This document shows positions 39,026 through 50,600 of a DNA stretch of 64,000 nucleotides, in pieces. The position numbers and the translations under genes are program-made. The notes beneath the pieces are model-generated. The model worked only from the letters and a program-made list of their open reading frames with translations. It did no database searches and was not told the origin of the DNA. The DNA comes from Botryllus schlosseri (Eukaryota): positions 16,120,001 to 16,184,000 of the forward strand of contig CM119381.1 of the NCBI GenBank assembly GCA_051294905.1, read 5' to 3'. How positions within the stretch are numbered: the first letter of the stretch is position 1; each line of letters starts with the position of its first letter.

Positions 39026-41480
39026 ATGTCTAGCACAATTGGAAGACGAACGCCTGCCGAAAAAAATGTGGGAGTCCTTCAAGAAAGAATAAAGGAATTG
39101 GAAAGCGAAGTCTCTACTTTGAAATCGGTATGTCTCTGCATTGTATTGTGGTGTGAATCGAAATACTACCACACCCGCGTTTCAGCGTCTCGGAGATCTT
39201 CGAAAAGCAAAGAACAACACAGTTTTCAAACGGGAAAGAGAGGTAATACACGTCGGCCAGCCCAATTTAGGCCGTCCACCTGGTGTGGAGACAGCTAAGT
39301 TTAAAGAAGTCGAAGGAAAACTGTCGGAAGCCGGTGCTAAAATCGAATCCCTACACAAAGAAATTGGTGGATTGACAAGCGATCTTAAAAAACTTCAAGA
39401 TGACAAGACTGCTTTGACAAAAGAACGTGATAGTTGGAAGGCGAAACATGATGAGTGAGTTTTAGTTTGGGCATCCCACTAAACATGTCGTGCTGCATTA
39501 GAAGTGAAGACCTTGATGAAAAAATATTTTACAAGAGTCTATGGCTACGCTCACATTAGCTATGTCAATTATAATTATATAGGTATAGAGCCATGTAAAC
39601 TCAAAGATCACTCAAAACCATTTGTGTCGCATTATTCAATGAAATATGATGAGAGAAAATGAATTAATTTGGGAAATTACACTTAAAACATATTTAAAAA
39701 TTGCAGCGTAGGCTTATAACCCAAATTTGGAAGGTAACATTTGCTCAAATGCACTTACAAAACACTGCAGCTAACCATACGAAATGCACAGTTTCTGTTA
39801 CGACTGCAGCGTATTATCTCTGCGAGCGATCGTTGCGAAGTTTAATTTTCATACAAATCGGAAATTTCCTGTCAGAGTTGGTAAAACTGTAGGTGGGATA
39901 CCTGACACTAAACAGCAGGGAGGTCTATAGGTATACCGTTATGATATTGCCGATCATCGTGTTGGCAAATCACACTCATCGCGGTAGATGGGGCATATAT
40001 CGATTCAATCCACCTGCAATATGATTGTGAAATGTTAAGATATCACGAAATTTAGAATAGGTTTTAACCTCACTCACTTGCCTATAAAGTTGCTGAATGT
40101 ACGGCACTGTGACATTGAGCCCACCATATTTTAGTCGCAATTCCTTGTAAGTGCAATGAAACATTAAACATTTTCTCCATGTCATAATAATCGGACAGAA
40201 ACCTAGTCGCGACTTTTAGAAGTAGCATGAGACACCAAACATTTTTCTTCGAATCATAATACACGGACAGTCGGACAACTTACTTGGTCTTGCATTATTA
40301 GACTACGTGCAGGGAAATTGTGGAGCAGATAACTATTATAACCATTGTATATCGAATACATGCTTCAAAACTGTAATCAACGCGAATTTATTTTCATATC
40401 GCAGACTTGAAATTAGTATCAACAACCTACAAATGAACCACGAAATAGAGCTAGGAAAGCTCAGGAATCAAATTCACGATAAGACTGCCGCGTTTGACGA
40501 TCTAACATCAGAACTGGAGCGGCTCCGCGAAAGACTGGAGCTTAAAGCCACACAGGAAGAACATAAAGGACGGGAAAATTCGTAAGCAATGAGATTGATG
40601 TATTTTGAGGACGATTGTATAACTGCGGAACCCGTGAGACAATGTAAAACATAATCGCCCATTACTTGTTAGCCGTATGACAATATGATGGTTATTACTA
40701 TAGACATTCATATCTATAAGTGTTATTTTGGAGAACTTATCCTGGCCTATTTATCAGGAACCGCGAAGAGCACATAACGACGTTAACGAATGATAACGCG
40801 TATTTACGCGAAAAGATTGAGACTCTTTATATGGAGCTCAGTATCAAAGAGGCAAACTGCACAGAGCGGGAAGAAAGACTCAACTTACAGGTAACTATAT
40901 TAATAAAACAACAATAAAAATTGAATATTATTCTCAACAATTCTAACAACCCACGATTTCGTCGATCATTATATTGAATGGCTTAAATGGCTACGGTTTT
41001 ATATCTCGAGATTTAGCTGTGGAAGTTTTGGGGCGCTTATTAGGTTTTCTCATTCACGAAAATAGTATCGAATAGGATTGCATTCAAAACAAATGGTGTT
41101 TTAAAAATGAATTGTTGTTATAATATGTTATGTATCTCTTTGCGAATATGTCTCAAAACACAGACGGGACTGGTTTCTTGAAATTATGTGTGCCGTTGAC
41201 TTCTTTACCATGGTTACGCACCAAGACACACGCCATTTTGACTTTGACTGGATTACATAGCAATCATAACATTGTAATATTCGTGTAGATGAAAAATGAA
41301 TGGGAAACGCGATATGCAACGTGGATGGCGGCCACGGAAAAGAAGATTCAAGAACTGCATGAGGCCAACGAAATGTTGAAAAGTTGTTTGTTCAAAGGCG
41401 AACGCCGGAAGAAAGATAATCTACAAGGATTTACAGAAGATGATCAGAATGGCACTGGGGGAAATACCAGCAGCGGCTGA
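39026..41480 (+). CDS. Uncharacterised coiled-coil protein, 5 exons, 290 aa. Exons: 39026-39127, 39186-39454, 40405-40581, 40758-40890, 41289-41480
   Basis: GT-AG junctions with phases 0,2,2,0; total 873 nt; heptad-rich translation (LQERIKELESEVSTLKS...WETRYATWMAATEKKIQELHEANEML); AATAAA at 41628-41633. Confidence 0.82.
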
Positions 41481-41859
41481 CATTTAATACACCGACATTT
41501 ATTGGAAGCCAACAGCCAGCCTCCACCTGAGAGCAATCGCTTACTCAGGCGATATCCATTCTGCGCGTTGCGCAAATCTTGCTCTACCGCAGGCAGCAAT
41601 TGATCTTAATTTTCTTATGGATTATCGAATAAAAATAACATTTGATTTATTGAAATATGAACGGAAGTACGGACGAAGCGACGATTCAGGGTTGTGCCGA
41701 CTGGACGTTAAAGGCTTCTTGCGTGATTTGTAGATGTTGGAATAAGTAATAACTTTACAGTAGTGTGGGTGGAACATGGATCCGTAGTTAATAGTGGTAT
41801 GATTCCAAAGATTTATTTGGCGCAATTTTTGGGTACCGCCGGAGGGTAAAGGACGTCAT

Positions 41860-42190
41860 GTATTTTTGTCGTTTTTTTGCGGTATCCACACCGACTCGTG
41901 ATATACGTAGGCTACTACATACACATGACCTGTACCTGTGCAAGTGTGCATATGCAATGCATATTGCATTGCATACCATGAGTGCATGGTGTGCAATGTG
42001 CATGCTGCTGGACAAGGAATGTAAGGCTTTCCAAGTCTTGCACTACCCTTCCATGCCATCCCGGTAATGCTGAGCGCCAAGCGGGAAGTCATGGATACCA
42101 GTGTTACTATAATCAGGTATTTGGTCTGACCCCCGGCCGGGGATTGAGCCCACGACCTACCCGTCAAGAAGCCGGACGCTTCACCAGTGG
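41860..42190 (-). mobile_element. tRNA-derived SINE, family B (MetaSINE-like core)
   Basis: B-box-like GGGCTCAATCCC (42139-42150, minus strand) followed by core CTTCCCGCTTGGCGCTCAGCATT (42066-42088). The MetaSINE label rests on recalled consensus only. Confidence 0.65.
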
Positions 42191-42439
42191 CGTAGGAGCA
42201 TATGCTGTCGCCCCTGGCTTTCATGGAAAATGCCGCCCAGGTAGACTGCAACAAATTCTGAAATAGTTTCATGTTCAAGCAATCTTTTCAGCAAGAATAA
42301 TTTAAAAAATGCGTCACGTCTCTGACGTTCTATATTGCTTGCGAAAGATGCCTCGCATTTAAGGCCAAAAATAAAAGACAAAAAACGAAGAACAAATATA
42401 TTAGGCAAAGATCAATGGCCGCCTCAAAATTGAACTTTT

Positions 42440-42600
42440 CAAGCTTTCGGCGTCTATAGTCGAAGCAAAATCAGCGATAATATCTTCAAACTCAAGTTTT
42501 TGAACGTAGTCTCTTTGTAGAAAAATTCGATAGAGCCGACCATCATTCATGGTCGAACGTAGATACGCCGTGATATTTTGAGCTTTGAGAAACACTTCTC
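42440..42600 (-). pseudogene. Relic of a hAT transposase C-terminus (ZMYM1/THAP12-like group)
   Basis: YLRSTMNDGRL...RDYVQKLEFEDIIADFAS matches the YLRSTM.Q.RL..LA...IE........D..I..FA motif; truncated and degenerate. Confidence 0.65.
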
Positions 42601-43246
42601 ACAGCTCGCAATTGAAACAAAAATGGTAAGATACAGTTTCAGACACAATCATAAATATGGTATCGCCTGACGCCTAGGTGATTCAGCTAACCACTGTAAA
42701 AGATTAAACGCTGTTGCATTACCAGCAACTTAAACGTTTGCATCTGAACGTTTAAATGCCCAGGATTGGTTCACCTTCCGCAGTGTTCATGTCATACGAG
42801 ACCAAGCTGCAAGTCGTAACAAATTAGCTCGTGATTAGCCATCTCCAAGTGCAACCTCATTTTGGCATCACCTTGCTCCTTGCTGCCTCCGGCGAAGAGT
42901 CATAACCGCCAGGTGTCTGCGTATCTTGTCGGCGTACATGTAAACATTGTAAACATTCTATAGTCGCAGCGAGTCGGGTTATTGATGAGCACGAATGCAG
43001 CCAAGCCACGAGTTACACGATTCCTTCCTCGGAATTCATGCATGATGGAGCACGTTTACGGAGCTCACAGGCATTGACATTTCACTTGGTTCTAACGTTG
43101 TTTGGCGATTCGATTCCTTGGATCTACAAATTTTTGTGTAGGCCTGATTTGAATGATATAATCATACAATAGAGAGGATCTCCGTCCTGAACGCATGGAT
43201 TTGGTAATCCCGCAGTGTGATTCCGACAAAACATGCAGTGATGCAT

Positions 43247-43909
43247 TCGGGCTCTTCAAAAATGACTTTTTCTCTCAAATCGTATTGGCTACTTGATAAA
43301 ATTGTAAGGTTACCTAATTTAAGCCTACACGCAAAATTTGGTTCAATTCCAACCAGTAACCGCTTTGCTACAGGAGAAGAAAGTTTCTATTTATTATATA
43401 AAAATAAATGATAAAAAATTCGAAAATTTTCTGGTCAACCCATGAAAGTTTTAGGCTGTCTATAGAAACGATGCTCACCAAATTTGGTTCAATTCCAACC
43501 AGTGGAAGCGGAGTTATTGCCGTCGAAAAATTTGGATTTGAATAAAATAGTATTTACGGTGACCGATTCTTTGTTTATTTATTATAGTTGTGCTCACTGT
43601 AAATACTATTTTATTCAAATCCAAATTTTTCGACGGCAATATCCCCGCTTCCACTGGTTGGAATTGAACCAAATTTGGTGAGCATCGTTTCTATAGAAAG
43701 CCTAACACTTTCATGGGGTGAACAGAAAATTTTCAAATTTTTTATTATTTATTTTTATATAATGAATAGAAACTTTCTTCTCCTGTAGCAAAGCGGTTAC
43801 TGGTTGGAATTGAACCAAATTTTGTGTGTAGGCTTAAATTAGGTAACCTAACAATTTTATCAAGTAGCCAGTACGATTTGAGAAAAAAAGTCATTTTTGA
43901 AGAGCCCTA
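43247..43909. mobile_element. Foldback-type element, 663 bp, 316-bp inverted arms and 31-bp spacer
   Basis: Arms 43247-43562 and 43594-43909 are near-perfect reverse complements; perfect 9-bp TSD gtgatgcat. Confidence 0.92.
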
Positions 43910-44609
43910 GTGATGCATTGTACCTTCCACCTCATATCCTCACAATAGCGCGATATCACAGACAGCTACATAAGGCACCACTCAAGCAACCTTCACGGAT
44001 TACCTCAGCACAGCAACATGAAAATATATAAATTTTTGTATTCGAACATCCGAAACTTAGTCTTTACCAACAAAAAAATACTTGAAAACACTATCATCTA
44101 GGAACGTCATAGAGAAATCGCAGTAACACAAATCGTTGGGTGGACTCTTGGACTCTGATATATTATCTACATAAAATATAGGAGCAAACTGCCGTAATGA
44201 AGAGAGAGAGAGAGACACAAAATTAGGAATAGATTCTGCCTCGATCTTATGACAGAAACAACCAGAGATTACCCTGAAGTAGTCGGTGGGTTACCATACA
44301 TATTATCAATCGACAGCCCATCAGGGGGTAACAAAAAGTGCCAGTACACCGTAATAACACAAATTCGTAACGTTTTCATACAGTGGCCGAGAAAAGTTGC
44401 GTGTGAAGAAATAATGAGTTGCGGAATTCAACCAAACCCTTTCTAAATCGTGGCGCGAGCGGACAGGAATTAAATCGGGATTATTCGACAATCTTGCGGA
44501 GCGATGCCGGCTTGCGATGATTGCACAGACTACTGCAAATGTTGAAGAGGGGTTTGCCAACACGAATTATCGTCTAACATTGATGAAGAGATGAGCGAGT
44601 GCGGAACAA

Positions 44610-47600
44610 TCATCGCTGGTACCGATGCGGGTTTTGCTCGAGTCGGTGTTGAAGATTTTCCAGTTTTTGGATGTACTCGTTAAGCGACGGGTCGGACTCG
44701 ACTGGATGCGACCTGGAGAGGAAAGAATGAATAATTATTGGGTATCGACAGGGCATTAGAGCATGAGACGCAAAGGAAAGCGACAGTTGAGCAGGCCACA
44801 CTCGAGCACGTGACTTTAATAACCCTTACTCAAGCTCGTACATAGTTGAAAACCAGAGGTGGTCACGGCCAGTAACATAATACAGTACCAGTGCATTTCA
44901 GAGTACTCAAGTACTTTATGACTACACACGGTACATACTCCAGGAAGTGATATTTTTGAACTATTTCCACTTTTACTTGAACAGTTTTGTAAAGACAAAC
45001 TGGATGCGTTTAATATGTTGGATATAGCTTTATGTGTCTTGAAAATAGCTACATCCACTCACAGTCTACCATAAACCTGCCAGCAATAGTACATTCTACC
45101 TGTGCTTTGGTAAAATCAATGACCACTTTGTGTACCTAAGTAATTCAAATAAAGTCGAGAGTGGAGCGAATAAATATACAAAAACGAAACACAGCAGTGT
45201 CACAGCACAATCAGATATAAGAATTTAGAGAGCGCCATATAGTCCATCGTTACACTAATGCTAGTAGAAAAGTATTACTATAGTAACACACAAGACATAA
45301 TGCAGAAAAGGAATGAATGAAATAACAATACCGCAGATTGATCAACACTTTTACGCCTCACATATTCAAGACGCATCACCTGGCGTGATAGGTCAGAAAA
45401 TTCATACCTCGAGTAATTAACAGACGAGTTTTCCGGCGATCTATAATCAGGGTGGTAAGACTGCGGTCTCGGCCGGGATGTGTTTTCGTCACCGTTCATA
45501 TAACGAAGCGCGGTGGCAGATGGACGGTCGCCGTACGATTGGACGTGAGGCACAGTGCTGGATCTGGTGTAGGCGTTTTTGGGTCTGGTGCCAGACGAGC
45601 TGGATTGTAATCTCGGCGAAAGCTTGGTGGGCGGCGTTTCCGAATACAACGGCGCTGCTCTCAAAGGTTGCTGTGAAAGGATAGCTTTATAAGTAAAGTA
45701 TTTCATTTGTGCAAAACCTCGAGTCGAATAAATGAGTACCACTCATTATGACCTCATAAAGGTACGAATGAGTAGGTAAGTTCAAAGCATACTTGGAGAA
45801 CTAAATGCAACTGAAAACTGTCAAGTAGAGGTAGTCTATCACCATTTGAGTAATGAGTCCAAGTACGTAAATTCTACTTTAAGTACTCCGGAAAAGTATA
45901 AGTCCTTCGTTACTGATCACCTATGCTATTACGTTACTACTGAGAAAAGGCGTAACTTTATTGCGGTGAATTTTCTATATGAGTATGCGAGACTTACTGT
46001 GTAGGAATCGTGTCTGTGCCTGGGCCTCTCGCGAGAATTACTTCCGTACCGAGGCAGAGGAGTCGGGCTGGGCGATTTGTCGGGATAGGCCAACCCGGAT
46101 GCGGATGAATGAGGTCGGCGGTGCGGCGATTCTGATTCGGGACGAGTACGCCGGTTTTGAGATCTGGACGCGGGCCGGCCTGCAAAACCAAACAATCGTT
46201 TGCTTCGGATCCTAATCACACGGAACAATAACTTCATATTGTTAATTTACTCACTTCAGCGGTAAATCAAATTAGTAATGTATGAATTATTTTGTCGATG
46301 TGACGTAATAATAAGGAAAACAAAGAACTAGTAGACATCACAGTCTTACCGCCAGTAAGCGGAGAAGCCCCATGCCTGTCTCTGATGGAGGAGCAGATGG
46401 AATCGCTGGTCCTATGAGATTTTTTCACCAAAAATTTCAGCCTGAAGAGAGAAACGCTGGTCACTTGCCGCTCGGAAACACGAATAACACTCTCTTACCT
46501 AGAAACCGCCATCACGGCTCTAACCGCGCTTCTGAACCTTTTAAAAGCGACTGATTTGTGTATGCGTGTCCCGTATGCGTCTTCTTCGGGGTAGGCTCCC
46601 ATTTTAGCCACCACGGCCAGGGTTGCTTCCTCGCAGTCCTGTAAATCAAAAATACCTATGGCAGGGGTTCTCAAAATTTTTTGGGCCATAAGTATTTCGG
46701 GCGGTCAAACAGCATAATCGGGTCGCCATCGACATGGAACAAAGATTTCCTGAAGCCAAAAATTAAATTCACGACCTCGTATCGCCAGTGCGGCTATTAT
46801 GACCTGTAGCGAGCGCTGAAATAAGCATATAAGGACAGCAAAGCTTTCCAGCCTATAGTTACAACATTATTTATTTGCAGAACCTATTCACCCCTAAAAT
46901 TAGTCTGCGGCTTCCAGTTTAAGAACCCCTTGGTCTACCTAAAAGAATATCAGACACTCGGTCTCAAACAAACCTGGAATCCGCCGATCAGAAGAAGCAG
47001 ATATTTCTTTTGGTAAACAAGAGCTTTCCTGAAGCTTTCGGCACGTAGGTATCGTAGGTAAAGTCGGTGGATGCGGTTCGCCATTTCCTGCACTTGTTGC
47101 GAGCGGTGTCTCTGGATAAACAGAACCGACGTGATCCTGAGCCCCCGATTGGTTGGTTATTACAAGCTTGAGAACTGTTTTAAATTGTCGTATTCACAAT
47201 TCACAAAGTCAACCTATTAGAGGCAGTTTGGATAGAGATACTACTCGGATCACGTTTGCTCGATAACAAGCGCTTTTAGTGTGAACCAGGCAAGAGAGGA
47301 TCAGTAACGAAGTGTGTATGGTTTTTACAGCAACACCACATACTTTTGTACTAAGAAGAAAGCAGTTTTTGGATGAGCTTGCATCAATTTACGAGTGAAA
47401 TTGTCATGAAACCCAAAAAAAGGACCTGTATCATGGGAAATGAATGTCCGCCAATTAGAATTGTCATTAGTCATTTCGTGTTAGCCGCAGCGATGCATCT
47501 TGCAATTTGAAAGTCATCTCCGATTGATTACTCCAACTATGCAACGCAATGACCAGATCTACCATTCGCAGCCACTTAATCGAGTTCTTTTGAAACCTCA

Positions 47601-50600
47601 CATTTTCTACCAATACTTAAAGCAGTTTTAAATAAATTTTCGTACAGTGTCGACGGCGTCTTCGGCGCCAGCCCGCGCCTTCCACACCTCCTCTTCCAGT
47701 TTCCTCAACGTGTCCCTCAGCGCTATTTTCTCGTCGGTGTGACGCGTGTTCAGCTCGACAAGCTCGGCGTTTTGTTCCATCACACGGTCGCTGAAATCCG
47801 TCTCTACTACGGGATCAGGTCGATCCTGAACGGAAATAAATTTTGCAACTAATTCTGACAAAAACTGACTGATTTTTACCCCCGGCACTAACAGAACTAT
47901 ACAATGTCCGGACCCATGGCCCAAAACTCGGATTCTAGTACAAGTTGTTTCTCAGTAAATGTTCTATACTATGGTAAAAAAAAGTGCGAGTAGATATGCA
48001 TCTAGATAAGAGAGACAATTAATCCTGCCAATGCTTACCCGTTTCGGTACCGACAGGGACGAGTACATCTCCCGTAATTCCTGCTGCATTTCGGCCAGCG
48101 ACCGTTTCACCGAATCCACCTGTTCCATCTCGGACGCCAGCTCCCTGGCGTCGTCTTGCGGACCGTTAAAGCTGTCGTCGACAGTGAACGGGACTCTCTG
48201 CGCGTTTTTCGATAGTATCTCCTGAAGATATGCGGTAAACGGTGTCAAACCGATGGCAAAACACGATGGTAACGAAGTAGAAATTCATATCATCACTTCT
48301 ACTTCTAGCGAGTAGAACGCTGAATACTTTGACCACATCTGCGCACACCTGCAGCTTGGCTGACTCCATTTGCAGCCGTTGACGCATTGATTCCAATTGC
48401 CTCCGGTTCATGTTCAGTCCTTCCGGCGTGTGGTGGGACGCTGGCGTTGTGTTGGCGACAAGGTCGGAGATCTTGCGATGCCGCAGTTCGTCTCCGAGAG
48501 ATTGAACTTTGCTTTGAAGCTCGTGCTTTTCGTCCTGTCAAACGAGGCGACGAATTAAAAGCTTGACGATTTGAGTCATGTTTTCTGAATGATTTGTCAC
48601 AACGTATGAAATATATGGAATGACTCGAGACTTGGAGACAAATTTGAGTCAATTTTCAAGTGATCATATACTATAACCCATCATCAATGCTAATATGTTA
48701 TTTAATGGATTGCATTTCTGTTTTCGAGATTGTGAGTCCCATCACCATTGACAGACAGGACTGCCGTCATCACGGGACAGTATTGTAGTAGGCCTATCAT
48801 TAAAATCATACATAAATATTCGGTCAGGCCCATAAGAGCTAAACTTGATCATTTTTTGGCAAATTCGAGACAATTTGGTAGCAAATTTCTTCTACATATT
48901 CATACATTATTTTTCCCCAACACAAGTATGAGGTCGAAGATGCCTTCTAGTCTTCAGGCAGCATTTCAATCGAAAATCGTAGCCGAAGTGGAATTTTACT
49001 ACATTGTCATCACTTTATATAAGTAACCGACTGCCGATCGATCTTAGTTAAGAGATGGCATGGCTGAAGTTGGACTAGTTCTGCACGGTCTAGTTTATAT
49101 GCAATCATCCATATGCATCCACAGATTAGAATCGAAACTTAAAAATTTTAGTTATCTTGACTTGAAATATTTCCAAATTGTCAAATGAAATGACTGGGCT
49201 TAACTCGAGTCAAAATTTGCATTGCCTCGAAAGGACTTGATCCAAACACTGCTGTCAACACTGTTGTGGCGGGTACCAGTGAAAAGAAACAACAATTTGG
49301 AATGCTGAGCGGATCATAGAATGGGTCACTAATATAACTTTGTCTGGTATTAGTCTGGTCTCACATTGACGAGAAATCGCCGATAACATAATTGATAATT
49401 ACAGTGGCGTTCGCCAATGCCGATTCCAACCGGTCTCTGATCGTTTTCTCCATATCCAACGCCTCGTCATGAGCGCGGCGGGCTTCCTCTAAATCGCGGG
49501 CGGCTACTAAGGCGTCGTGTTTCGCCTGGTCCATCTCTTTCTGCACGACTTGGGTTTCGCGTCGTGCGTCGTCTGTGAAGGATGAAACGCAAAATAACCA
49601 AGCGGCACGTGTTGCTCATGCACGCATGGGTGGTCAGCAACAAAGTACTTGATCAGGTCTGGCCTACACTCAAGTTGGTATATTTTCAGACAAATTGTCG
49701 TTTTTTTAGGCAAAGCAACTCAGATTTTGCACTTTGTCGTAGTTAAAGTTGAGATTTGGGATACATCTGTATCATTTTTATGTGAGCAATCGTCATAACG
49801 ACTGCCGAAATAACCCCCTTATCACGATAACTGAATTTACTATCGAAAATTGTATCTTTTTGCACCAGTTGCGAAGACGCGATATCAAGATTTCGAATAC
49901 ATCCACCCCCGATTAAGTATTAAAACTTCATGTCGTTCTGGCATGTCTTGGAAATAGCTATTTCTACCTGTGATTGAGTAGAAATTCACAATATTGCTTC
50001 TACTTCTACTTTTATTTGAGTAGGCTACCATCACTGACCATTTTGACCACTTGTGGGTATAGTTAAGAGTAGCTGTCGGAAAATCTGACCTAATATCCGT
50101 TCTAAGTCTGCGACCGTGTCTCTGTCGCGTTGCCTGGCCTCTTTCGCCTTCTGCTGTTCCTCGTCGAGAGTCTGCCGCAAGCTTTCGTTGTTTCTGTCTT
50201 GACGTTCCAAACTGGCTTCCAATTCTTTACGTCGCTGCTTCTCTTTCGAGGTAGCCACCTCTTGCTCGGCGAGTCTGTGAGATATCAGACGATAAGTACA
50301 TTTTGATACGGTTTGTGCAACAAAAAGGCACAGAAAAGTAGCTTGAAAAACTCGTGTTACCAAAACACGGCTAGAAAGTCTCTGAAATCCATTACCGTAG
50401 TCGTTTCTACGTTTATGGCCGATAATACGGGCTTAATACCTACATAGCAATTCAAATACCCCTACATTGACCTGTTCAATACAGTGCTGAGCAAATTAGG
50501 CTTGGCTTCGGATTTTACATTGGCTAACGACGAATTTTTTGGATTCTGTTATAGAATTTGTCAGAGAGTTTGAGCATCTTTATCTTTTGTATATTGTGAC

